This document shows positions 19,927-32,170 of a DNA stretch of 64,000 nt, piece by piece. The stretch spans positions 12,276,001 to 12,340,000 of the forward strand of contig OZ059899.1 in the NCBI GenBank assembly GCA_964057225.1. Reading direction: 5' to 3'. Made by a program: the position numbers and the translations under genes. Numbering within the stretch: position 1 is the stretch's first letter; every line of letters begins with the position of its first letter. Below the pieces are notes generated by a model that ran no database searches, was not told the origin of the DNA, and worked only from the letters and a program-made list of their open reading frames with translations. Source of the stretch: Auanema rhodensis. Its lineage: Eukaryota; Animalia; Nematoda.

Positions 19927-20346
19927 GGAGAAGCTTCTAAATACTTGTCACTGCACTTCATTTAAAAGAAAAAACTGCTCAACAGGAGATATCGAGATCA
20001 GATTATCACACGTGGCAAAAAAAAACAGATTTTTTTTTATGAATCATACACAGGCAATAACTCATATTGAATTATGATCAGAATCACTAAAACGAGAAAA
20101 CTGGAGATAAAAATCAAATAATATGTAATGATATAGAAAACATTTCGTCTAAACAGTTCGAACAGTTGAAATCCAAATCAGAAGAATGAGCAAAAGCTTT
20201 AAAATTTTCATTTTCTTTCTATGTTAATGCTGAACATCTGGTTTGCATACAAAATACGAGCCATAGATTTAGAGAAAGGGTAAGAGAGAGAGAAGGATAG
20301 AGGAAGAGGTGAAGGTTGAAGCGGTTGAACAGAGAGGGACATAGAG

Positions 20347-20351
<5 letters not shown>

Positions 20352-20423
<72 letters not shown>

Positions 20424-20435
20424 GGGGGGGGGGGG
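20352..20435. repeat. (GA)n microsatellite followed by a G12 homopolymer
   Basis: About 60 bp of AG repeat, then 12 G at 20424-20435. Confidence 0.95.
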
Positions 20436-23400
20436 ATTCTACGTGCCTATATTTACCCTTTAGCTAGCTTTGACAATCAATAAGATATTGAGATTCATCG
20501 ATCAAATAAAGCCAAAAATTTCATTTAGAAGAGCTAGCTGTTGTATTGAAATGAATGGAAAAAATATTTTATTCAGAAAAGTTGCAAACGAAAGATTTGC
20601 AGATTCGAAACTAAAATTAGCTCAGGGAATATACGTATGATATGAAAATCAGATGGCAGTTTGCCTTCAAATTAACAAATACAGTGTAAACTATATAAAC
20701 GAATTGTTGTCAACTTACTCTATTATTATCAATAAAAAAGGTAAAAACAAACAAAACAAAACAGAAGACAGACGAAAATGATTTGAAATCATCGTGTTTA
20801 GATGACACAAGGGAAACGATGTAGTAGGCTCATACTATTTAGAAGTTGGTACCTGTTGAATAGATAAAAATTCAAAATAGGGTTACAAGCAAAGAAAAAT
20901 ATTTAAAAACGAGAATACCGCATAGAAATAGCTGATGATGAGGAAAAAGAAAGAGAGAGAGAGATTGAGAGAGAGACAGAGAGAGAGAAAGTCAAAGAAA
21001 AAAGTTGAAGCCTCGTGGCATCTATGTGCAAAGGAAATTCAGGGCCCTAACAACTATTCGGCCCAGTGGCAGCCGGCAGCTAGCTAGCTAGCTAGTTGGC
21101 TACTGAGCGTGAGTGCGACTACGTCCTGGAAAAGCAGGAGGAACATGAGAGGGAGGTAATCAAGAAACAAAAAGAGAGAAAGAATGGGTGAGGGAAAGGG
21201 AGAAAAGGAGATTTTCTTGAATATCGATTAATTTCTTCCTATTGTTGATTGGTGGCGAAGCCAAGAAAGATGTGAAAATCAGAGAATCGTGATGTCACTC
21301 TTGATGAAACTGAATCGGACAAAGAAACACCGTCTAAATACTTATGAAAAAGAATATTTTCATTCAACAAAAGAGAAAAATTGAAAGTCTAAGTTAGGTA
21401 GGCATCTAGCATGTCTATTTCTTAACCCGACGACTGACGTTGTGTCCAAACCTTGAGTTAATCTTTACTCTGACTGTTAGACGTAAGTGAAGGTTTTATT
21501 CAGCCATAAATAGGAAATTTTGAGGAAATTCCCGAAACTGAACCAACACCAAGGCGTAGAAGCAACAAGCTTCTTTCTACTTTGGTTTCTTTATTTTAAG
21601 TTGGAACATCGTTGCCTTCTTCGTCATCTTTTTGGTGCTCCTGGTCGGTGGTTCGTGGTCGTCGACGTCTATTTCCACTTGTTCTCTGTCTTTCTCCTCT
21701 TTCGGCTCATTGTCTCCTGCTTTTCTGCGTATTCATTTTCGCATAGACGAACAACAACAACTGGAAGAGCAGAAGCGGGCCTGAGGGCAATTGGCCCTGT
21801 TAGTTCGCGCTGTCTCCTTCTCTCGTTCAGCTTTCTCTTCATGGCGTGGCTGGTGAGCGGAGAAAAGGGAGAAGGAAGGGAAGGCACTCTACTCTCTGGC
21901 TCTTATTCTCTCCGTGTCACAGCTTTCTCTCCCTGTTTCGCATTTTCTTTTTCATTTCTCTGGTGCTCTCTTAGTCTCCTTCACTCTCATTGTTCACGTC
22001 CCCTAGTTTCGTTTCGTTTTTATTCAGTTTCTCTTACTCTCTCACGTTTTCGTGTTCTTTCAAATGGTCTACATCTATTGGCTCTCTTCTTGCTCATCTA
22101 CAGCTTCTGTCGATGGTCAAAATACGTCAGCTTCAGAGAATCAGACACGCACATACACATATACGAGGAAAAGTATAAGGCGAAGAAGAAGACGGCGACG
22201 TCGACGAAGACGAAGACAAAGGAGCAGGAAAGGAAAGAGAAGCGCAAAACGAGCTAAAGATGGAGATAATGAGTGAAAAGAAGAAATAACGAAGGAAACG
22301 GATCACAACCATCGTTTCGTGATGATTGAGTCACATATAGTGGAAGAAAGGAGAGAAAGCCACAAAGAGGGTGAGCATAGCAAGCTAGAGCTTTAACCAT
22401 CATCTTATGGCAAGATACTAATACAGGTTTGAGATATCAAATTTTCCTAATCCTGCCATCCTTCTTTGCTCTCTCTTACACGGTCTTCACGATCTCATTC
22501 ACTCTCTCTTTCTCTCTTTCTCTTCCTCTCTCTTTCTCTCTCTGCATTGATATCTCTTTCAAGCCGCTATACTTCAGTCCTTAACTTACCCCCTTTCTCT
22601 ATACAATTATTTTCTTTACCCTTCCTTTCCTCATTCAATTTATGATGAAAATGTAGTCAAAATTTCATTTACAATCACTTAGTTCCGAAATTTTCATTTT
22701 TTTTTGTCTTCAAAATTCAGTTGGCGGCAGTTCACATCGTCATCTTAGGCTTGTTGTAAAATCTCAAGTGCCGTCAACGTTTGTTCAAGCTTTTCTTGTA
22801 TATATGAGCCTATTCCTCTCCATGATTCTTCAGAAAGGATCTAGATGTCAGACGAAATTCAGTTGTGACTACCATATCGTAATGTTAATGATAACAAGTC
22901 ATTGTAATTCACAAAGTCAAGAAAAATTTAAAAAACGAATGTTCGATCAGTTATCTGATAATGTTAGTGATATTAGAAGAAACATCAGATAGTTTATTTA
23001 AGAATTTGAGGAAAAAATAAGAAAAAGCGGGAAAGATAGAAAGGTTGGATATATCTGAGATGAAGGAAATTCTCCGCTTTCCCACAATTCTCAAATTACT
23101 GTACGAAAATGGTAAACGAAGCAGATTAATCCGTAGCAGATGGTCGAGCCTGATATAAGATGTATAACATTCACTAATTGAAAGAAAAAAATTTAGGAAC
23201 ATTCTAGAGAAAATACGAGAATATAGTGAGAAAACAAACAAAATTTGGAAGAAGAGCACGATGACAATGGCATTTTTCATATGGAAGTTCAGCAGGCTTT
23301 CCATCAACGGAACAAACAAAATTAGGATCACGTTAAAGCTTTTCTATGGTAATGATTCAGGATAAATGAGTTCAATATGAACTAACTATGGTATAACGTC

Positions 23401-26400
23401 TAAACAGCCAAAAGTGGATATGACACACCCACAACCCTATCCATGCACATACACACACATACATAGACGAGAAGCCCATAGTGCAGACTTGAGAGAGGAA
23501 ATGACAAACTTCCAGCCATGGTTATAGAACAAGCTAGCCAGGAGTAAGATGAGAAATGAACCTACGAGGTTTCAAGTACTAGAGCAGCTCAGGCATTTTT
23601 CCTTTTCCTTCTTCCTCTCATTCAACTTACAGAACTCATCTCTTCAGCTTCCTTACAAAAAAGATTCAAGAAGAGAATAAGTGGCAAAAAAAGAAATAGA
23701 CAAGAAGGACAGTGAAGAGTGACGGCCATATCAAAGAAAATGTACAAGACGAGGAAAAATGAGGAAAGCTGCAGAGTGAATACACTGGCGACTAGTTCAG
23801 ATCAGCGATATGCATGTGAAAATTTTCATAAAGATTTGAATCACAAATTAAAATGACAACACATCAAGAATACGCATGTCTCCTCTCTTATTCAAAATTT
23901 TAGATCTTTAAGTATACATCTATAAGTTGGTTCTCGCCTTGCCATCCTAACCACATGCTCACTAATTAAGACAACAAGTTATACAAATTATGACAGTTAA
24001 AAAACAATAAGGATAGAAGAAACAATCAAAGTAGTAATAGATTGAAGATTTTAAAACGAAGCTGAAAGTGACGATAGCTAAGCTTAACGAGCTCATGCAT
24101 GATATCAGTCATTGTTTTTACGTTTGAAGCAATCAACAAGGTATCAAAGCAAAGATAAAAGAAAACTAACATTCCATGGTTTAGACGATTGTTAAGCAAA
24201 AATATGAAATAAATCAATTGAGTAGCTTGAAAAATATAAAAATATTTTATTTATTTACGTCAAAATTACGTGAAATAAATACGTTTTGAATTTAAGCAGA
24301 TTATGAACCGGTTGAATTTGCACAGAATAAAAAAAAAAGATAAATAAAAGGTAAACTATCCTTGAAGTTCGTATTCTTCTAAAGTCTTTCTGGTATCTTG
24401 TTGATAATTTTTTTTACTTTTTAAAATTCTTTTCTTCTTACTTCTTCTCTTCCTATTTTTACTACTGCTGCCACCTACTCTTTCTTTAAGCATCACACGA
24501 AACGTCGCCCCATACTGAGCTTAAGTAAGCTCTTTTCTTCTCAGAAAAAATATAACTCTGATTTCTTTTTTTTTGGGGGAAGAAGGGATAACAAAGTGAA
24601 AATATAAGAAGTCCACTAGCCAGAAGCTTATCCAAGTAGTGCCAGTTAGCCATTATCGTCATTGTTTGACTTGAAAGATGGCGCCAAGCACACAATGAGA
24701 ATACTCAGCTTCTCAGTCTAGTCAGGCAGCTCTTTCTCCCCTTCATTCTTTTTCAGTCCCTCCCTCCTTCCCCCCTCTCTCTCTCTCTCTCTCTCTCTCA
24801 AGATATCTCTCTCTATCTATTTGGTCCCTTTTTCTCTTTTTCATACTAAAGTATAATCAGTTGCTTTGCTATATAAGGAAATAACATGCCGGAATCGTCA
24901 GTACTGAGCTGTTTCAAATCCTGCTCATTTGTCGCTGTCGGATAGTACGTTGTCTTCCTTCTCATCATGGACATGAGACTCGGGACTTTCGACGTTTGTT
25001 GCGCCTTTTTCAACTCCCAACTCTTACTATTGTACCTTCCACTTGCTTCTAATAGCACACACACAAACACATACACACTCAGTCAGTCCATCAACCAGCC
25101 AGTCAGTCAGTCAGTCATACACTCACCCGCACTCACTCATAAAACAGAAAATATAGCCTGAGGCTAAACGTTATTAAAGATTTCTTTTCTGTTGAGCATC
25201 AAAGTTAAAGCTCAACCACAGCCTGCTATGGGAATTAAGGTTATAGTTCAGCACACATTGCTGTCTATGTATACGTAATGTTTCAGGCCATTTTTTCCGC
25301 TTTTGTTCCGTATATGAGAGAAAAACACTGAAAAGAGTTTCTAAAAACATGGAAGAAAATCAAATTTTCTTGCAATTCAGCTTATAAAATAGCTATAATT
25401 CAAGGAAACTAGCGAGAAAATCACAATTAAACAGATAGAGATAAAGAGATGAAAAGAGGAAGGAATGGTGGAGAAGAAATTGGGCGGGAATAAGGGTGAG
25501 GGTGAGCAAGAAATGTGTATTTTGAACGACAAAACAACAAAGAGAGTTCTAAACTACTAGTCAATCATAGAGCATGATATATAGGAACAATTTATTCAAC
25601 AAATTCTTCATGCCCAGAAAGGATAAGAATATATGTGAGAAGATTTGTTAACTATATTATATAGCAAATGGACTAAAAAATGGCACAACACAGAGGAAGT
25701 ATGGAATGATCACACCAACATGATGAGAGACAGGTTGACGAACTTGAGTTTCCGTGAACGTTGTAACTACGAATGATCCAAATTCAGGAAGTTTAATTAA
25801 AAAAAGTATTTATACGAATGATAAGAGAGAAGATCGTATTTATGTGATTGGAGAAAATCAAGGAAAACAAAACAAGGAAAAGCTGTCAAGTAACAATCAG
25901 ATTCACTAGTCTTAGAATGATATCAACAATGAAAAAATACAATTGAACAAGGGAGAATCGCTAATTTTTGCAAAGAAAAATGTTGATTTTCAACAAAAAT
26001 TAAATAAAATATGAAAAGGAAGAGTTGATTGAAGAATAGGGTACGTACATATATAAGGGTATGAGAGATTTGAAATTGAATCCGGTAGGTAAAAATAGAT
26101 TTGAAGGAAAAGTATAGATGAAACGTATGAAGAAGGTTGTAGACGACAACGCTTATACGATTTATCGAATACACGGCTAAGGTAGGATGATGGAAAGAAG
26201 AGAGCTTAGGTAGACGAAAGATGATCCGCACTCGTGCAAGCAACCCGGGCCTTTTGTCTTTGCTATTTTAATATTTTTTTAATTTTAAATAAGAACATAT
26301 AGTTAGAGCATGTTTAATATACATATGGATAGAGATAAATAGATAGATGGCTCATATACTTGTATACATATTGGGGCGATATATATATATATGAAGAGAG

Positions 26401-27178
26401 AAGGAGAGAAGTTGAGAAGAAAATAGTAGAAAAATAAAAATTTTAATAATGCTTAGAAAACAATTATATAAAGCTGAGTATGCATACGTGAGGGAGTGAA
26501 GAGAGACATCGAGTGTATGTGGTGGACGAACGGCAGCTAGACGAATAGAGAGGGAGAGAAGGAGGGAGAGAAGGGAACGAGCGAGCGAGAGTATAGGAGA
26601 GAGAGAGAGAGAGAGAAAGTGGGACAAGTAAAGAGAAGTGAGAGCGAGAGAGAGTGCGGGAAATGGCTGTGCACAAGAAGAGAGATCAATAGAGAAGAAA
26701 ACAGAGCGACAACGAGTCAGTCATCGTCGTGGCTTGCCGTTGTCGTCGCCGTCGTCGTTGTCGTCGTCGACGACGACTTCGCCGCCGCAGCCGCAGCGGC
26801 AGCAACCTCATCTCTTTGGTTGGCGTATTCGACTTCAGCCGTTGTCAATTATTCGTCATTCTGTGACTGCGACAGTGAGACATCCTCGCGGATGATGAGG
26901 ACGTTGATATAATCAGATGAATACAAAAAGACGAAGAAGAAGCAGGAGATTTAAATTGAATTATCGCCAGATAGCCACAATAATGATGATACACAGTATA
27001 AGCAACTAACAGTTGAGCGAAGTAGAAACCAAAAAAAAAGCCAAGTGATACCTGTGTATCTTCTATCTGTCTCTCATTTTCTCTTTCTTTATCTTTATAC
27101 CTTGTTCTTGTCTTATCGTTCTTGTTACCTCTTCAATTCTCTTCATCTTTTCTTTTTTTCCCGGGGTTCAATAGGACA

Positions 27179-27250
27179 GATAGATGGATAGGTAGATGGA
27201 TGGATGGGTGAATGGACGGGTGGATAGATAGATAGATAGACGGATGGATG
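27179..27250. repeat. (GATA)n/(GGAT)n tetranucleotide repeat
   Basis: gatagatggataggtagatggatggatggg...gatagatagatagacggatggatg. Confidence 0.8.
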
Positions 27251-27886
27251 AATAAATGAAGCCCATGGAAAGGAGGAGACTAAAGGAACAAGAGACAGTG
27301 GTAAATAGTAGAGAAAGAGAAGCCAAGCCGGCAGATAGCCGCCAGGATGGCTTGCTTGCCTGCCAGACGAGTGTGGGCAGCATATCTCTCTCTCACATAC
27401 AAAACGCTCTTTTCTCTCTCTTTCCCTCCCTCCCTCCTCTCTTTTTTTCATCTGGCTTTTCTCTCTTTTCAGCATCTCACGATAAACAAAATCGATGAGA
27501 GAGCAGGCCACGGAGAGCCGATGCTGCTTTCTAACAACCCTCAGCTCTCAATGGACCGACTGACTCTAGACCCGACTCGGACTCCACCCTCAATCTGTAC
27601 GAGATAAGGCTGTCCTTCCCTTACTTCCTGTGGTCTGTTCTGCGTGGGCTTTTCGTCAGTTGGGCTTTTTTTTTCAAAAGCCTTTCAAGAAAATGCTTCA
27701 GTTACCATCCCATCCAAGTGCAACTAGATACCTTAAGAGGAATAAGAAGCGGTTTGTTTTCCCATCTCTTAGGCAACACTCAAATACTTATTGCTTTCAA
27801 TAGCATAGAATAAACCGATTATAAATTAAAATTTATTAAAAATGCAGTAAAACGGTGTAATAGAGATCAAACAGATGTACAAACGA

Positions 27887-29747
27887 TTATGCATTAGGAA
27901 CAGTCTCTTCACTCTCGGCTTTCACTTCTACAACAGACTCTCCAGACTCTTGGTCTCCACCTCTAGTCGTAAGAGCACGGCAGAGTTGCTCCAATTTAGT
28001 GTTCTTTTTAACCAGAGACGTCTTATTTTCTTCCAATTCTTTATTAGTCATTGTAAGAACTAAAACATTCCTGAAAAAAAAGAAGAAAGTATTAGAAGAT
28101 TCCGAAATACTGTGATCATTTTAAAATAGAAGAAAAAAGAGAGAAATGATGGTGTAATGCTTAGAAAAACCATACTTGGAAGCTTCTTCGTACATCTGCC
28201 TCCATTTTCTTGAGTCATTCTCAACTTTCTTCATATTGGAGTTCACCTGAAGTTATCATATTATATATTATTATTCATTCAAATATCTTTCAAAGAGCAT
28301 GATTGGATGAACTTAAGTGAGATTTAGCAAGACCACACAACTAAGGAAATGCCAAGTTTTCACTTTCTCATAAGAGAATTTGAAATCAAGAGACATCGAA
28401 CAGCAGCTCCTGCTAACCATATCAAGCGGCCGATTCAGCTTTCGCCAAATCAAATAAGCAACTTAAGAGACATTCTTTTGATGTGAAAAAGCTATAGAAA
28501 AATATTCCCAAGAGAAAAGGCAGGGAATCTTCATCAGGAAGTGTAAAAACGTCAAGAAAAAGGAAAACTTTGAAAGAATTACAATAAAATAATATTACTT
28601 ACCTTTGATATCTCATTCTTGAACTTATCAAAAGCTTCATTACTAGATGAAAGACTCTTGGTCAATTCTTGATAACGTGAAGCATATTGTTCAACCTAAA
28701 CACAAAAATGGAGTCAGAGATACGACCTAAACAGTACCTCTTTTCTCAATGCTCTTTCGTTCTCTAGAGCACTTCCTACACGTGCCGATCCTTCTAACAA
28801 ACTTCTTGTGAGTTCTTCTTTTTCTAGTAAAAGTTTCTAACAAAACCCTTATTAGTGAATAGATGGATAAGAGATAAAGCTTACTTCAATTTGGCATCGT
28901 GCGGCTTCAAGTTTAGCATTTAGCAATTTGATTTCAACATCTCTTGTTTTTTGTAGTTCAGTATGATAGTTTTCTTTCTTTTCGTACTATAATTAAACAG
29001 ATAATAGAAGAAAACAGGAAAAATACAACGAATTACCTGATCAGCAATACCCCTTAGCCGCTGATCGTATTCTGTGCTTAAATCAAGAAGTTTATTTGCC
29101 AATCTTTTGTTCTCTCCGGCAAGCTCATCAGATCGTTGACGACCTTCATCCATTGACTTCTCAATGTCCTATATGAAATTGCCGTTAAAACAAGCTAAAT
29201 CTAAAGAGATTGGACAAACCTTTAACGTGGTCTTCAGATGTTCAACAGCAGCTTGTCGTTCTCCTTCGATAACTTTCATCTTTTGTGTGCTTTCATCTCT
29301 TAGCTAAACAGTACGTAATTGAAATAAATATAAAACAAAAACATTTTCTAAGATATATTTTTAGATTATCACCTGTTTGTTATATTTTTGAAGTTGACGA
29401 CACAATTCCTCTAACTTGTTCTTCTGTTCATCAGTTTTCAGAAGCATTGTGCTCGTTTTTTCAAACTTTTTCTCCATAGCCACAAAGTTTTTCTGAATCC
29501 TATCAGCCTATAACAGATTTGAATATGAAAATAATAACTTTGAGTAAGAACCTCTGAAGACTTTTCCTTCAACTTGAAGTTTTGCTCCTCAACATCTGAT
29601 AGTCGTTTAGCTAGCTTAGCTACTTTGTCATCCATAGAGAGACCTTCCAAACTCTTCAATATATCAGACATACCTATATGGAAAATAAGATTCTTGAAGT
29701 CGAAATGTACACAAACCTTGAGGAGGTGGTACAGACTTCGCTTTCAT
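27887..29747 (-). CDS. Taxilin-family coiled-coil protein, multi-exon
   Basis: MKAKSVPPPQG-MSDILKSLEGLSMDDKVAKLAKRL...; a coiled coil with the taxilin-type motif KLEQLCRAL in the last exon, preceded by NSNMKKVENDSRKWRQMYEE; stop TAA at 27887-27889. Confidence 0.88.
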
Positions 29748-30222
29748 AGTCGAAAAACTATTTCAGCGGAGAATACACTGAAATGATAGAGAATGATTGT
29801 TCAGATAGATACAACCAAAGAGAAAGAAGCGCGTAGAGGGTGAAGACAATACTGAGGGAGAAAGAGGAGGGAAAACAGCGGATAGAGTGTAACGACAGCT
29901 CGAGCACCATCACAAAACGGCATTTCAGGGAGCCAACCCTGGCTGTAATCAATAAAGAATCAGGAAAATTATACATCTTCATTTACTCTTTCATATACAC
30001 GATATATTTTTTGTTAAATGGATATGATGACACAGAATTGGAATGCATGGCATAGATCGAAATTGAGGTAATTTCTAGAGATCAAAAAAAGAGAACAAGC
30101 ATATGTAATAAAAACCAAAAATAAAAATAAATCAACAGAAAAAATGAGTTAATGTTTCAGAATTGCGAATGTTTAATTTAAAAATAAAATGTGAGTTAAT
30201 TTAGAATTAAAACTGTTTCAAA

Positions 30223-31800
30223 TTATTTTGATTTCATTTTTTTAGCCGTTATGAATGAAGCCAAAGGTAAATCCTCTTCCTCTGATGAACTCATTTTTCT
30301 GTATCGTTTGGGCTTCAAAACTAATATATCATCGTCTGATTCTGAATCTGAAATTAACAAAAAAAAGTAACCGCATTGGGTTAGCAAAGCTCACCAGATG
30401 ATATTTCAACTACGTTTTGGGGTTCAAATTGAAGGCGCCTCTTTCTTGCACTACGTGTGGTACAACTTCTGGTAGGAGTTTTATTTCCCGAATTGCTAAG
30501 TCTTGCTGCAGAACGTGTTTGTAGTGGAGTTGTTTTAACCGTTTTTTCTAATAGTCTAGAATAAGGAGAATATGGGTTGTCATCAGATTTTCGACGTTTA
30601 GCAGCAGTTACTGGCTGAAGTTCATGTTTAAATCGGACACCTAGCACTTTGAGTGCTTCCTTGTGATTAGGCATAGGAGTTCTGTCATAGTGAATAGACT
30701 TAGTAGGGCCAGTGATAAGCAGTTTGCCTCTTGAAGGAGTTTTGATAGGAGCAACTTCACGTCGTACGGGGGTTTCATTTTTGAAATTACTTTTTCTACG
30801 AGATGGGGTCATAGCAGAGTTCTTAGGTGTATTCTCGATTTTAATTTGAAACTCTAATCTCTTATGTTTCGGAAGCAGATTGAAAATAGGCATTTCATCT
30901 TTTCTATCCCAGGTAAATGCTTAAAAAAATACAGTAAGAAAAAGAAAAAAAGCAAAATAGTAAATGACCTGCATGTTTTCTGATACGATTACTACGTCTT
31001 GATGCTGAATCCAAAGGTGATGAAAATATTTTACTCATTTCGTCGAAAGAATCATAATCATCATTTTCGTTTTCTTTTTCTGACTCTTCTTCATCATCAT
31101 CATCATCATCATTATTATTATCATCATCATCATCGTCGTCAGTGTTTTCATCCTCATAATCGTTTCTATTCCGATCGCTATCAGAAATTGTCTCATCGGA
31201 ATCATCACTATCATAACCAGTTAATCTTCTTGATCTTCTTTTTGTGGAAGTCGGGGTTGGTATTTCACCATTAATGATAGCAAGAAGCCTACTACGCCTT
31301 TGTATTCGTCTCGTTAATTTATCAGTTGTAGATTGAGGAGTGTCACAAGCGCTATCATCTTTCTTTCCTGATGAGCGTATAATTTTCTTAGAAAAGGTAA
31401 CAATGTTCAAATAGAGAAACCAATTTTAAAAGCATACCGATGGTGAGTCAATAATTGTACCAAATGCCCCGTAAGGATCATCAGGATCATTTGATTCTGG
31501 ACGAATAAGAACATCAGGCAATGGTTTAGATTTTTCATAAAGCATCATTTTCAATAATTCTTCATTCAATCTTTCTCTACATATTTAAGAAAGTAGTGGT
31601 TAAACATAGTACAAAACTCACCTTATAATCTCTGTGGAATTTTCTTTAGAAGTAAAAGGGGATCTGCTTATTTTATCCTAAGCAAAAACAATACAATAAC
31701 CTTGCCAAACAAGTTTACCAACCTCACAAGATACATCTTGTAATTTTGTACGAAAATTTTCTGCATCTTCATCATCACTAAAAGCTACTGGGGAAAGCAT
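30223..31800 (-). CDS. Uncharacterised, largely disordered nuclear-type protein (acidic tract, many TP sites, basic clusters), about 6 exons
   Basis: ATG at 31800 follows a ttatag acceptor; exons join with consistent phases, including the long exons within ORFs 30904-31410 and 30381-30893; last exon DSESDDDILVLKPKRYRK...KKMKSK with TAA at 30223-30225. Confidence 0.8.
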
Positions 31801-32170
31801 AGTAGTTAAACCTATAATAAAAATTGTCTTATTATCGTCATAATAATTTGTTATATACAATTATAACTAATATTATGTATTCATTTTAGACTATAAATTT
31901 AAGCAATTTTAAACTATTAGACATATTTGAAAACTGCTCTGTGGTATTAGCAGTTAATAGCATAAGATTCAAATCGAGTAAAGGTCTAAATTCTCAATGG
32001 TCTTGTCGTGATGTTGAATCGGCCAGGAAGCTAAATAATTTTGAAGTTAATATTTGAATTTGAATTTTCGCTCTTACTTTTATGTTTTTAATTTTTTTAA
32101 AATTGATTTACATATTAAATATTAAATAATAATTTTAAATTCTAAGAAATAATAAAATCGATTTTAGGAG
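31801..32170. promoter_or_regulatory. Short bidirectional promoter region between divergent genes
   Basis: Only 370 bp separate the two divergent ATGs; each ATG is preceded by an acceptor-like site (ttatag, attttag) that is probably a trans-splice site. Confidence 0.6.

Noticed and set aside
18990-20077. ORFs with SLSLSL or ERERER runs
   Set aside because: They are translations of (GA)n/(TC)n microsatellites, with no splice context or domain.
21659-22207. 11-bp inverted repeat (tcgtcgacgtc / gacgtcgacga) about 530 bp apart, as possible MITE ends
   Set aside because: Short, made of GTC/GAC triplets, and no target-site duplication is evident.
21520-22276. 245-aa and overlapping ORFs in the intergenic block
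   Set aside because: Low-complexity CT-rich then GA-rich DNA that lacks stop codons by composition; non-ATG starts and no recognisable motif.
26619-26912. ORFs with poly-V, poly-A and poly-S
   Set aside because: Products of GTC/GCC triplet repeats.
30999-31274. His-rich plus-strand ORF
   Set aside because: Antisense shadow of the Asp-rich (GAT)n exon of the minus-strand orphan gene.
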